In this document: positions 1 through 12,665 of the stretch, in pieces
Layout of the letters: every line of letters starts with the position of its first letter
How positions within the stretch are numbered: the stretch's first letter is position 1
Assembly (NCBI GenBank): GCA_030141605.1
Contig: JAQGDQ010001190.1
Location: 1-56,575, forward strand
DNA: 56,575 nt
Reading direction: 5' to 3'
Source: Tubiluchus corallicola
Taxonomy: Eukaryota > Animalia > Priapulida
Notes under the pieces: generated by a model
Databases searched by the model: none
The model's input: only the letters and a program-made list of their open reading frames with translations
Told to the model about the DNA's origin: nothing
Translations under genes and position numbers: made by a program

Positions 1-1338
1 CAGCAACAGTTGCAACAACAACAATAACAACCTTCAATGAATTTTCCATGTTTGATAACCTGCGAATTGCATTTCATGACAGTGATATTGGAAATTGCCA
101 CTTTTCACATGTCACCCATGGGATCAATCCGATCAAATGAGCGTTGCACATCTAATTTTCTCTTAGCTTAAATTTTAAAAAATCGGGTTCCCCAAGCTTA
201 TAGTTTGCCTCTGCAGTTTGAAGTTTCGTACTGTAGGTACTCCATTTTCTCATTTTGATCCCACTTTGTTTTTCAAGCTTCCCAAAATTTTCAAACCCCA
301 GGTGCATATCTACAACACACTTGAAAAATACTTGCAAAAAATTACTCGGGAAACATTAGAAGGTCGTGCAAATAGTTAATAACTAATTACAGGAGTGAGT
401 AATTCCTCCAGGCCATAACCTTGACTAGTAGTAGAGATCACAGATCGTCACACTGCCATCAATTCCATAACCGAGCTGTCCATTCTGTGACTTTAGAACC
501 TCGTTCACACAGTTTGCAGTTATTATGCGAAACATTAAGAAAAACAACAACGGCAACAACAACAACAGCAGTAACAACAACAACAGCAGCAGTAACAACA
601 ACAGCAGCAACAGTAACAACAACAACAATAGCAGCAACAACATCAGTAACAACAGCAGCAACAGTAACAACAACAGCTGCAGCAACAGTAACAACAGCAG
701 CAGTAACAACAGTAACAGCAACAACAACAGCAGCAACAACAACAACATCAGCAACAGTAACAACAACAACAGCAGCAGCAACAGTGACAAACAACAACAG
801 CAGCAACAACAACAGTAATAGCAGCAGCAACAGTAACAAAAGCAACAACAACAACAGGTACGAGCCAGTGCAATCTTAATCTGTTGCTAGGTCTACCATC
901 ATTTCAAAGAAACTAGTGAATTACTCACGGTATCCATTTTGCAAAAAATATATTATCATAACTCTCCTCAATACTTATGTACCATTTTAGAAAATTATCG
1001 TTCCATCACACATTACTCATTGCGTGATCTATACCTTTTAAAACCTGCTGCTCAGTTATATAAGTGTCTATTCTAAAGAGCAATTAGGCTGTGGAATAAG
1101 CTTTGTATTGAAGTAAAACAAACGTGTAATGGTAAGACTGTTTTTAAACGCCTTGTTTCTAAGAGTAGGAACACCCTATAATAAATATCATAGAAAGAAA
1201 ACAAGAAATGTCAACAAAAAGATTTATTTTGATATTTACACAGTTGAATTCTGATTTCTTTACACGCAGCGTAACGGATAGCCTAATATGTTCTTGTAAT
1301 AGATCCGTTGAAAATTATGTATATTACTTTTTTGAATG
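1..1338 (+). repeat. Locally duplicated module (copies at ~5420-7305 and ~7665-8640; the first 340 bp also at ~18930-19200) containing a (CAA/CAG/GTA)n tract
   Basis: Near-identical flanks such as gagtaattcctccaggccataaccttgactagt and ggtacgagccag..caatcttaatctg recur in each copy. Confidence 0.9.
541..857. repeat. Compound (CAA/CAG/GTA)n microsatellite
   Basis: Directly visible. Confidence 0.95.
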
Positions 1339-1932
1339 ACTTTCAACTAAAAACATATGGGAAGCCCAGCAGGTAGGTAATTGAGCAGCACTGACAAAGG
1401 ATAAACATGACTCAGTTCAATAATACATAATTTTAAATGTAGGTGGCAGCACATATTAAATTATCACTATTTTCAAAGATGAAACACATGTAGCACTAAG
1501 ACAAGAAAAAATACAAATATTTGGCAAACAGAATAACAAGAATCAGCATCTCAATTCACACATTACGCTTTGCCACATCAGTGCTACGCTCACGCCTTTT
1601 ACCTGCCTTATACTACTGCCACCCGGTGCTTGAAATTCAGGAAAAATGCTCACACTAGCGCAGTCGACAGGATGTACCTAAAATGTTCTAGTTGCACTTT
1701 AAGAGCTATTCTTTAATGAATTAAAAATACCATCAGGTCTATCTCAAATGTTGTAGATGCACTTTAAGAGCTATTCCTTAATGAAGTTAAAAGTACCATC
1801 GGGTCTATCCCAAATGTTGTAGATGCATTATGGATCTGGAAGCCACATGGATGGTTCAATAAGCTTTTAAAGAGCTCTTAGGATTATTATTATGCTGGTA
1901 TATTATTATATTATATGCTGGTTTCTCTCTGG

Positions 1933-1940
1933 TATTTAAG
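1933..1940 (+). promoter_or_regulatory. TATA-like box (TATTTAAG) of peptide gene A
   Basis: Lies about 78 bp upstream of the ATG. The same motif is at the same offset in copy B (12658-12665), where upstream homology begins. Confidence 0.5.
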
Positions 1941-2010
1941 AGCCAGTCAGCAGGTGGATCAAACACATATGTTTCAGACTTTGTGTGACGATCTCTCTAT
2001 AAGAACAAAA

Positions 2011-2244
2011 ATGAACAGTAAGACGTTGATTGTTTGTTTGCTTGTCGCCACGTTGTTAAACAACTGTGTGGATGTGGTAAATGGTAAGTGGATTTTTCAA
2101 ATTTTATACGTTTTCACTTATGCCCTGTTAAATGCTTTATTGTGCTCATAGCAAATGTCTAATTGCAGATATCAGAAAAAATCAGTACTTTAAAAACAGT
2201 GAATTTAAAATTTTGAGGTCTTTCTCTCTCTCTCTCTCTATCTA

Positions 2245-2292
<48 letters not shown>

Positions 2293-4413
2293 CTCTATCT
2301 TTCTCCCTCTTTTAGGCAAATAAAACTTCAAGTGCGAGTATTGAACCTGATGATCACCTTAACGATTTGGTAGCTACGTATGCACTGTGATTATGCACTC
2401 CAAGTTTAGGTCAACACAGCTTTAACTGGCTAATCACATGACCACTCAGTCATTTACTTTGCCTTTCGTGTTGAGGAGAAACATATCACTTCAAAAGTGT
2501 AATAGAATTAAAAAACTTAATTAAATCACAATGTAATACCAGCAGTGCTTTGATTTTTCGAAACAAAAGTGTCCACATCTGTTAACACTAATAATGTTAA
2601 ATGCAGTCAAAACGATTGTCCTGTTAATTCACGCCAGCCAATATGGCTGACAAATTTGACTTTATTACTGTCTGTTATGGTTCACTGATCTCTCAGCACC
2701 CACTGTTTCAGTGTCCATAAACTCAATATCCACTGCATTGGTGTCCATAAACTCAGTACCCACTGCCTCAGTATCCACTGCCTCGGTGTCCATAAACTCA
2801 GTATCCACTGCCTTGGTGTCCACAAACTCAGCAAACATTGCCTTGGTGTCCACAAACTCAGCACCCACTGCTTCGGTGCTCACAAACTCAGCACCCACTG
2901 CTTTGCACCTTCTGCTTTGGTGTTTAAATGAAGGGTAGTAGAAGTTGGGTAATTTTAGGTACAGCACCTAATGATCAGGCAAAATCTCATTTGAACGAAT
3001 AAGGCTAAACGTAAATTATGCAGCCATTATAAATTAGTGCCAACAAATAATCGGTTAAAGCAAAATATTGCTGTAATAATTATATGTTTTGTATAATAAA
3101 GGTTCCGATGGATCTTACAAAGTTATCCTGCCAGACGGCTCAGCGATCTATGGTATCATATCTGAATCGTATGCAGTAGGTAAGCACAACTTATTATAAT
3201 TCCGTTTATCTGAAAGTATGAACACACAGCAGAAATGTTGCCATTGTTAAAAACATACTGCTAATTTGTTTGGGTGTTTGCCTTTCTGTTTAGACACATG
3301 TTGCCTGTTGTGTTTTAGCACCTGTTGCCTTGGTGCCCACTAACTCAGCATCATCTGCCTCGGTGCCCGGAAACTCAGCATCCTCTGCCTTGGTGTAAAG
3401 AAACTCAGCATCCTCTGCCTTGGTGCAAACTAACTCAGCATCCTCTGCCTTGGCGTCCACTAACTCAGCAAACTCTGCCTTGGTGCCCACTAACTCAGCA
3501 TCCTCTGCCTTGATGCCCACAAACTCAGCATCTTCTGACTTGGTACCCACTAACTCAGCATCCTCTGCCTTGCTGCCTACTAACTCAGCATCCTCTGCCT
3601 CGATGCCCACAAACTCAGCATCCTCTGCCTTGGTGCCCACAAACTCAGCATCTTCTGACTTGGTACCCACTAACTCAGCATCCTCTGCCTTGCTGCCTAC
3701 TAACTCAGCATCCTCTGCCTCGATGCCCACAAACTCAGCATCCCCAGCTTTGGTGCCCACTAACTCAGCATCCTCTGCTTTGGTGCCCACTAACTCAGCA
3801 TCCTCTGCTTTGGTACCCACTAACTCAGCATCCTCTGCCTTGGCGTCCACAAACTCAGCATCCTCTGCCTCAGTGCCCACAAACTCAGCATCCTCTGCCT
3901 TGGTGCCCACAAACTCAGCATCCTCTGCCTCCAGGCCCACAAACTCAGCATCCTCTGCCTGAGTGTCCACAAACTCAGCATCCCCAGCTTTGGTGCCCAC
4001 TAACTCAGCATCATCTGCTTTGGTGCCCACTAACTCAGCATCCTCTGCTTTGGTACCCACTAACTCAGCATCCTCTGCCTTGGTGTCCACTGACTCAGCA
4101 TCCTCTGCCTTGGTGTCCACTGACTCAGCATCCTCTGCCTTGGTGTCCACTAACTCAGCATCCTCTCCCTTGGCGTCCACTAACTCAGCATCTTCTGCCT
4201 CCGTGCCCATTAACTCAGCATCCTCTGCCTTGGTGTCCACTAACTCAGCGCCCTCTGCCTCCATGCCCCAAACACAACACCTAGAGAACTACAAACGTCA
4301 GTGCATCTCATGTTAAGTAAATTCTTGGTTTTGCAGCTGAAAACGGCGGATATGTTCCCGAACTTTTTAACAAAGGTGGAGCAACTAAAAGAAGACGTAG
4401 GTGGGCCATCTAG
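2011..4413 (+). CDS. Small secreted peptide precursor, copy A (3 exons: 2011-2083, 3102-3179, 4337-4413; 75 aa [75 protein letters not shown])
   Basis: AAAA-ATG start and hydrophobic signal peptide. Donors G|gtaagt (2084) and G|gtaagc (3180); acceptors taaag| (3101) and ttgcag| (4336). All junctions are phase 1 and give an open frame to TAG at 4411-4413. The same exon structure is present in copy B. Confidence 0.82.
2692..2905. repeat. Degenerate 30-bp minisatellite in intron 1 of gene A (paralog at ~16245-16478)
   Basis: Units resemble ccttggtgtccacaaactcagcacccactg. Confidence 0.85.
3326..4272. repeat. 30-bp minisatellite (~31 units, ccttggtgcccactaactcagcatcctctg) in intron 2 of gene A
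   Basis: Exact 30-bp periodicity. Both repeat-reading + frames carry stops. Confidence 0.97.
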
Positions 4414-4645
4414 CGGCATTTTGGTTCATTATTTCTTCAATACACTTAACTTGACCACTGAGAATGGTGTTAACCAAACTCTTGCAGATCAAGCAGCACT
4501 ATTATATATAAACAGACCAAGTAATGTATAATTTGCTTTTAGATATCCGTAAAAATACAATCTTTTTAAAAGCTAACTAAAAAATTCTTACTTAGAACAG
4601 TATCAGAGTCGAATGTATATGTAGCCAGATATGCCAATTTGTAAT

Positions 4646-4651
4646 AATAAA
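4646..4651 (+). terminator. Polyadenylation signal AATAAA of peptide gene A
   Basis: About 230 nt after the stop, followed by a T/GT-rich tract; conserved in copy B. Confidence 0.6.
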
Positions 4652-4756
4652 TCATTTTGATTTGGTCGTTTTAATTACCTTTGTTCTTCTGTGTTTAAAA
4701 GTCGATTGTCTCTTTAATTTTTATTCATTTTACTGCTTGCGGGTACGTCTGCGCAC

Positions 4757-5015
4757 GTGTGTGTGTGTGTGTGTGTGAACGTATGTGTGTGTGTGTGTGT
4801 GTGCGTGTGTATGTGCATGCATATGTGTGTGTGTGTGCATGTGTGTGCATGTGTGTACGTGCATGTGTGTGCATGCATGTGGGCATGTGTGTTGCCATGC
4901 ATGCGTGTGTATGTGCATGCATATGTGTGTGTGTGTGCGTGTGTGCATGTGTGCACGTGCATGTGTGTACGTGCATGCATGTGTGTGTGGAAGACACACA
5001 TGCATGTGTATGTGT
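4757..5015. repeat. (GT)n/(GCAT) microsatellite (paralog at 18075-18358)
   Basis: Directly visible. Confidence 0.95.
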
Positions 5016-5939
5016 TCTTCAATTAATTAGCCGTTCATCAAATTGTTATAGGCATGTATGCTCTATATTGTTTACGGGAAAGCACAGGTCCTGGGTTCAA
5101 ATGTTGATTGACGCACAATTTTTCATCACCAACTCTAATTCACCCGCACCACACTACTAGCGCACCAGTACACCTCACAAAACCATCCACGCCACACTAT
5201 CCAAACCATGCCACCATTCCTCCCACACCATCCAAACCATGCCACCATTCCACCCACACCATCCAAACCATGCCACCACACCATCCAAACCATGCCACCA
5301 TTCTACCCACACCGCACCACACCAACATCACCAACACTACATGAGCCGCACCACACTATACTGTACAGCATCACATTAAATCAATGGTGATGACAATGGC
5401 GACTACGATGGCAGCAGGAACAGCGACAACAACCTTCAATGAATTTTCCATGTTTGATAACCTGCGAATTGCATTTCATGAGAGCAAAATTTGAAATTGC
5501 CACTTTTCACATGTCACCCATGGGATCAATCCGATCAAATGAGCGTTGCACATCTAATTTTCTCTTAGCTTAAACTTTAAAAAATCGGGTTCCCCATGCT
5601 TATAGTTTGTCTTAAAAACATATGTAGGTACTCCATTTTCTCATTTTGATCCCACTTTGTTTTTTCAAGCTTCAAAAAAATTTTCAAGCCCCAGGTGCAT
5701 ATCTACAATACACTTGAAAAATACAAAAAATTGGACCTATCGTGAAACGTTACAAGGTTGTGCAAATAGTTAATAACTAATTACAAGAGTGAGTAATTCC
5801 TCCAGGCCATAACCTTGACTAGTAGTAGAGATCACAGATCGTCACACTGCCATCAATTCCATAACCGAGCTGTCCATTCTGTGACTTTAGAACCTCGTCT
5901 ACACACTTTGCAGTTATTATGCGAAACATTAGTAAGAAA

Positions 5940-6738
5940 AACACGGCAACACCAACAACAACAACAGCAGCAACAGTAACAACAACAGCAGCAACAACAA
6001 CAACAGCAGCAGTAACAACAACAACAGCAGCAACAACAACAACAGCAGCAACAACATCAGTAACAACAGCAGCAACAGCAGTAGAAACAACAGCAGCAGC
6101 AGCAACAGTAACAACAACAACAATAGCCGCAGCAACAGTAACAACAACAACAACAATAGCAACAGCAACAACAACAACAAGAACAGCAACAGTCAACAAC
6201 AACAACAACAGCAACAGTAACAACAACAGCAACAACAACAACAGCAGCAGCAACAGTAAGAACAGCAACAATAGCTGCAGCAACAGTAACAACAATAGCA
6301 GCAGCAACAGTAACAACAACAACAGCAGCAGTAACAACAGTAACAACAACAACAACAACAACAGTAACAACAACAACAGCGGCAACAGAAACAACAACAA
6401 CAGCAGCAACAACAACAGTAACAACAACAACAGCAACAACAACAACAGCATCAGTAACAACAGCAGCAACAGCAGTAAAAGCAACAACAGCAGCAGCAAC
6501 AGTAACAACAACAACAATAGCCGCAACAACAGTAACAACAACAGCAACAATAGCAGCAGCAGCAGTAACAACAACAACAACAGCAACAACAACAACAACA
6601 GCAACAGTAACAACAACAACAGCAGCAACAACAACAGTAACAGCAACAACAACAACAGCAGCAACAACCGCAGCAGCAACAGTAACAACAACAACAGCAA
6701 TAGCAGCAGCAACAGTAACAAAAGCAATAACAACAACA
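5940..6738. repeat. Compound (CAA/CAG/GTA)n microsatellite, expanded paralog of 541-857
   Basis: Directly visible; same flanks as 541-857. Confidence 0.95.
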
Positions 6739-7844
6739 GGTACGAGCCAGCGCAATCTTAATCTGTTGCTAGGTCTACCATCATTTCAAAGAAAGTAGTG
6801 AATTACTCACGGTATCCATTTTGCAAAAAATATATTATCATAACTCTCCTCAATACTTATGTACCATTTTAGAAAGTTATCGTTCTATCACACATTACTC
6901 ATTGCGTGATCTGTACCTTTTAAAACCTGCTGCTCAGTTATATAAGTGTCTATTCTAAAGAGTAATTAGGCTGTGGAATAAAATTTGTATTGAATTAAAA
7001 CAAACGTGTATTAGTAATACTGTTTTTAAACGCCTTGTTTCTAAGAGTAGGAACATCCTATAATAAATATCATAGAAAGAAAACATGAAATGTCAACAAA
7101 AAGATTTATTTTGATATTTACACAGTTGAATTCTGGTTTCTTTGCTCACAGCCTAACGGATAGCCTAATATGTTCTTGTAATAGATCCGTTGAAAATTAT
7201 GTATATTACTTTTTTGAATGTACACGTTATGCAAATGAACAGAATATTTTCCTAAATGAATTACTTCGTAACAATTTCGTTAGTCACGAGCAAATTTTAA
7301 ATTTTAGCCGTTCATCAAATTGTTATAAGCATGTATGCTCTATATTGTTTACGGGAAAGCACAGGTCCTGGGTTCAAATGTTGATTGACGCACAATTTTT
7401 CATCACCAACTCTAATTCACCCGCACTACACTACTAGCGCACCAGTACACCACACAAAACCATCCGCACCACAACCACTGCACCATACCAACACCATGCC
7501 GCATACACCATTCTACCCACACCATGGCACACTGACACCACCAACACTACATCACCCGCACCACACTATACTGTACAGCATCACATTAAATCAATGGGGA
7601 TGGCAATGGCGACTACGATGGCAGCAGGAACAACAATGGTTGCGACAACAGCAACAACAACAATAAATAGTTAATAACTAATGTGAGTAAGTAATAACAA
7701 GAGTGAGTAATTCCTCCAGGCCATAACCTTGACTAGTAGTAGAGATCACAGATCGTCACACTGCCATCAATTCCATAACCGAGCTGTCCATTCTGTGACT
7801 GTAGAACCTCGTCCACACAGTTTGCAGTTATTATGCGAAACATT

Positions 7845-7922
7845 AGTAACAGCAACAACAACAACAGCAGCAGTAACAGTAACAACAACAACAACAGCAG
7901 CAACAGTAACAGCAACAGCAGT

Positions 7923-7956
<34 letters not shown>

Positions 7957-8076
7957 GTAACAACAACAACAGCAGCAACAACAGCAGTAGTAACAACAAC
8001 AGCAGCAGCAACAGTAACAGCAACAACAACAACAGCAATAGCAGCAGCAACAGTAACAAAAGCAATAACAACAACA
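7845..8076. repeat. Compound (CAA/CAG/GTA)n microsatellite, third copy
   Basis: Directly visible; same flanks. Confidence 0.95.
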
Positions 8077-8149
8077 GGTACGAGCCAGCACAATCTTAAT
8101 CTGTTGCTAGGTCTACCATCATTTCAAACAAAGAAGTGAATTACTCACG

Positions 8150-9640
8150 GTATCCATTTTGCAAAAAATATATTATCATAACTCTGAGTATCATTATCAT
8201 GTACCATTTTAGAAAATTACTCGCTGCGTGATCTTTTTAAAACTACCTTTTAAAACTTGCTGCTCAATTATATAACAGTCTTTTCTAAAAGGCAATTAGG
8301 CTGTGGAATAAGCTTTGTATTGAAGTAAAACAAACGTGTATTAGTAAAACTGTTTTTAAATGCCTTGTTTCTAAGAGTAGGAACATCCTATAATAAATAT
8401 CACAGAAAGAAAACATGAAATGTCAACAAAAAGATTTATTTTGAAATTTACACAGTTGAATTCTGATTTCTTTACACGCAGCGTAACGGATAGCCTAATG
8501 TGTTCTTGTAATAGATCCGTTGAAAATTATGTATATTACTTTTTTGAATGTACACGTTATGCAAATGAACACAGTATTTTCCTAAATGAATTACTTCGTA
8601 ACAATTTCGTTAGTCACGAGCAAATTTTAAATTTTAGTCATGAATCTGTTTTTAACTCAATGATGAATTTTTTGAACTCTCACAATAATGATGTTCTATA
8701 GGGTTTTACACGTCAAATGTAGACGCAGGAAATTTCAAATGTGACTTAGGTAAGTCAAATGTAGACATAGGAATTTCGAATGTGTTTTGGTAACTCAAAT
8801 GTGACTTTGGTAAGTCAAATGTAGATACGGTACTTTGAATAAATCGGTAATTAACTCATTTAAGTGCAAATTACAAAAAGATAAAACCAAATTAAAATTA
8901 TATTTTATGGTCATGATGCTATCGGCAGCATCAACTTTTATTATATTTAATTAATTTGCAACTATTTGTATGGACGTTAATATATTTTTCAAATGTAAAG
9001 AAAATGTTTACTTGATAAGAACACTTAAAAGTGTTGTACATAAATAAGTTAACAATTATACATTTATTAATATATGCACCAATTCTACATTTTATTTGTC
9101 AACGTTTTACAAAAAATGTCGGCAGAAAAGAATAAATCGGTTTCCACTTCCCAATGAACAGTGAATCACTAATTAGTTTTTTAAGTAATGCATTAGCACT
9201 GCATTAATGAATTAGTTTCTCTCAAGAAACGTTGTTTATTTAAGAATGTATTGTTTTCTCTAACAGTTCCAATGGTATGTAAAGTTTGCAGAACATTAGT
9301 GAACCTATAACGTTGTTATTTTAACTTAAGAGCAATTATTAAATTAAAATTAAAGAAGATTAAGTTTAACATCCTTAAACTTTACCACATATCCACATTT
9401 GAGATACCAATGTCACATTTGACTTGACATGTGTCTACATTTGACTTACCAAAAACACTCAAGATTTGTTGAAAACCATTGTTAACACATTTGAACTACC
9501 TAAGTCTACATTTGAGTTACCAAGACACATTTGAATTACCTAAATCTACATTTGAGCTAACGCAGGCCTACATTTGACATGTAAAACCTATATTTACAAT
9601 AGTTCACGATTTTATAAAACCTACCAAAAGGTTCATGTAA
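8150..9640 (+). mobile_element. Decayed 3' end of a non-LTR retrotransposon ORF2 (zinc-knuckle region), interrupted by a MITE; truncated copies at ~930-1338 and ~6810-7305
   Basis: Translation CSCNRSVENYVYYFFECTRY matches the CxC..E...HFF..C..Y pattern of LINE ORF2 C-termini. The frame resumes after the MITE as FTIVHDFIKPTKRFM*. Confidence 0.7.
8699..9590. mobile_element. MITE with TIRs (tagg(g)ttttacaYgtcaaatgtag), TA target duplication and inverted subterminal AAGTCAAATGT-type repeats
   Basis: Inverted termini are visible, and removing the element restores the LINE frame. Confidence 0.85.
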
Positions 9641-9792
9641 GAATAAATATTGAGTAAGAATAGACAAATAAGAATATTGCTAAATAAGAACAACATTGTT
9701 CTTGCAGATTAGAATTTGCACTTTTTTGACGTGAATTCATTTATTGTTTAATTTAGATGATCTACTGCATTGTTTAATGCCCAGATGATATA

Positions 9793-10438
9793 TGTGTGCT
9801 TGCACAGCAAAATCGTCTATTAGTCGGCATTAAACTTTTCTACTTATTCGCACATCCTGAATCTCCATTTCACGAAGATCACTTTGATACCAAGTTCATC
9901 ACTCTATGTTATTTCTAAGCGGAGATAATCCACATTGAAGTTGAGGTGCAGGCTGCACACTGAAAAACATAATCTTGAGAAAATCACTGTTAAAGTCAGC
10001 CATTGTTTTTTGTCGCGTTTCTACAAAACACTTAGCAACCGCGCAAATGTTGGTTGCTATGGAGTTTGCAAGAGCACATTGAAGTTGTTTAAATCCAGTA
10101 GATGACTGTTCTTGACGAAGATCTGGGCTTGGTAACGGAAAAAACGCGAAGCAAAATGACTAGAAGTTTGAAAATACGAGTTTTTTGCAATTGCAGTACT
10201 AGTTTCTAGGCAGAGAAATGGGCACGGGGTTATAAAATTAATTTTTTTTTTGTATTTTTTGGACATTTTCTTGATAATTTGATGCTAAAATATAAAAGTC
10301 CAATATATTTAGCATTTGTCTATATATATATATATACATAAACTACTTTTGAGCAAATTTTGGTGCATTCTGCTTTGAAGCAACATAACGTAGTTTTAAC
10401 TATGCCGACTATGGACGGTTTTGGTTTGCAAGCACACA
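9793..10438. mobile_element. MITE family 2, ~40-bp imperfect TIRs (tgtgtgcttgca...agtcggcat), TA-flanked
   Basis: TIRs visible; inverted copy at ~27698-28333 and partial copy at ~54290-54672. Confidence 0.8.
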
Positions 10439-10844
10439 TATTATGCCAAACTGATATATGTACGGCTAATTTATGTTATTTTGCTTGAAAATCTTATTCA
10501 TGTTATTCTAGCACTGATGTTTTAATGCACTGACTAACCTACATCTGCACTGTGGAAAGACTTGAATCAGGCACTACTGTTTTTTAATCCACTTTAAATA
10601 AATAAAGATTATATATTGTTAACACATCACATATATATATGATGAAGAGATGCGTTCCAATGATGTACAGAACTCATCTCTGCTGCCGTCATACTTCATA
10701 CCTCTAATTTATAAGTCTTGAAAAAAAAACGGACAGAACGGCGACTTTTAGAAATTTTTCGTTTGTTGTTCCACTCAGAATTGAAAAATAAACCGTCAAT
10801 ATTACTGAGATTACTCAATGTGAAACTGAGATTGTTTGTTTGGT

Positions 10845-11070
10845 ATATAATTTTCCTCAAAATATTTATTAGTTGCATAAATATACCTGGTTAATCACTA
10901 CTATTGTTGCATTGTATTATTATTATTATTTATTTTATAAAACTATGTACAAGATACATTCCCTCTATTTGTAGGGATATGTTTAAAATTTCTAAAAGCA
11001 TTTACAACGTATTAAATCTATCCACATATATATATGATTTAGAATCCAACGCATGAGACAGATTGAACAA
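10845..11070 (+). repeat. Direct duplicate of ~19240-19590 (where the (TTA)n tract is expanded)
   Basis: Shared aaaactatgtacaagatacattccctctatttgtagggata and flanks. Confidence 0.85.
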
Positions 11071-11534
11071 CAACCTTTATTGTTTGGGCTTTACGGTGAC
11101 AAACAAAGTCATCAGTTTTGCTTAGCATAACAGTTTATTGTTTGTATATCATCTTCACGTCACTTGCCCCTTAGTCATTTACTTCATATCTGACACTGAG
11201 ACGCCATTACCCAAAATACTACATTTTATCTGAAACAAGATGTATAAATTCTTTTAATAAACTAATTCATTCCTTATCAAACGATCGATTACGATTAAGT
11301 GAGATTAATGAGAGACTTTTAGTAAATAACTAAATAAAATTTCCATACATCGTTGGCATTAAATCGTGAGTTACACAGAAACACGTCATCGGTTGAACAC
11401 ATTGAAACTTGAATGACTGGAAATTGACTAGGATGCAAATATTGAAGCCAGATGTCGCCACTTGTAACTGTAAAACGCTATATTAAATTTAACAAACAAA
11501 AATCCTTGACAGTAGCCCTACTGTCCAACGGAAT

Positions 11535-12330
11535 ACATGTCAAAGCACAAGAAAACCCTTCATAAACATCAAGATTAAAAAATTCGTTTTGAAATTTTAT
11601 ATCATGCCTTTTTGCGCGCAGGACTTCATTCGGCAGCCGCGCTGAACATGTAAATTTAAGCTCCCGCGATGACCGTTAGACGCAGCCATGTTCATGACTA
11701 CATTTTGTAAACTTTGAAAAAATAATCACAGCATTCGTAGCGCACAAGTCACTAACTAAATAAAATTTTAAATTACTGTATCTTGTCAATAAGATTAAAA
11801 ATACGTTTTTGGTTAATGAGTGGTGCACCCTGGTGTGTGAGTCAGCGACATTTTAACAATTGGTAAAAACATTTTAAATAATTAATAATTTTCTTTTCTA
11901 GTTACATATGTCTTTCTAGTAAGTAAGCGAAAATCTGAGTAATATAGATTTGCACGGAAAGTCTTTTGAGACATAATTTAACATTGCCTTTTCTTCCGTT
12001 GATTCACGTTTGCTACATGACGTCATGTAATGGCGCCTTCGGAACAGTAATGCGGAGATTTAAAATAAAAACAAACTAAAATTCCTTTCAGCGCAAGTAA
12101 GATATACGCATAAAATTGCTATAAAGTAATATCATTTTTTAAGGTAATTTTTCTGAAACCTACTTCAGGTGCCCCTTTTCTTGTCCTTTAAGTCACTGAC
12201 AGAATTTCGCCCAATGTTCTCATCTAGGTGATTGTTCTCGCATTTGCTGCAGACAACAGTGCAGAGTCTTGCAAGACGTACTGGTGATTTAGCAGACTGG
12301 CAAAACTCACAACTTTTTCTTTCTCTAGCT
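11535..12330. mobile_element. Dispersed repeat, probably a non-autonomous DNA element; inverted copy at ~29700-30525
   Basis: Reverse-complement matches such as aagcacaagaaaaccct, catgtaatggcgcc and gccccttttcttgtcc. Confidence 0.65.
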
Positions 12331-12657
12331 TGTTTGCTACAATGGGTCGATTGACTACTAATTGTTCTTTGTGACTCATTGTTTGGGCAAATCACAACGA
12401 TTATTGCCACCACCCCAATGGGGTGCTGCACTTATTAACGATTGCTACACTTATTTTGTCGTTTTTTTACGTTTTCTCCAAAAACTTTCAACAGCACGAA
12501 AAAGATATTATCATAAACGAAAAGTATATATATATTCACACACGTTTTAGTATGAATGACTTCACAGCATAACCAGTATAGTAGCCACAAATTAAAAAAA
12601 TCTGCAAGAGCAATTAGCACAATCAGGTTACAATCTTGCGCATGCGTAAAAACCTAG

Positions 12658-12665
12658 TATTTAAG
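12658..12665 (+). promoter_or_regulatory. TATA-like box (TATTTAAG) of peptide gene B
   Basis: Conserved with copy A in sequence and spacing. Confidence 0.5.

Larger units (their letters stand above)
1930..5720 (+). repeat. Segmental duplication unit A (paralog of ~12655-19200)
   Basis: Colinear matches cover promoter, exons, introns, 3' UTR, the (GT/GCAT)n tract, the CACCA-rich tract and the downstream unique segment. Confidence 0.9.

Noticed and set aside
425-545. Minus-strand peptide FRIITANCVNEVLKSQNGQLGYGIDGSVTICDLYY, faintly like the RT segment before YADD
   Set aside because: Too short and lacks the ADD residues; cannot be supported without a profile search.
421-879. Thr-rich mucin-like or poly-Asn/Leu ORFs (also 5819-6761, 7729-8139)
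   Set aside because: Trinucleotide microsatellite open in most frames, with no consistent start or splice signals. The frame switches between copies.
3420-4316. ([10 protein letters not shown])n repeat as a coding exon of peptide gene A
   Set aside because: In-frame TAA near 3396 and TGA at 3960. Skipping it gives a clean exon 2-3 join conserved in both paralogs.
5028-5105. tRNA-like segment with B-box-like GGTTCAAAT (also ~7310-7380, ~18370-18435, ~50236-50260)
   Set aside because: No cloverleaf can be built; at most decayed tRNA-SINE heads.
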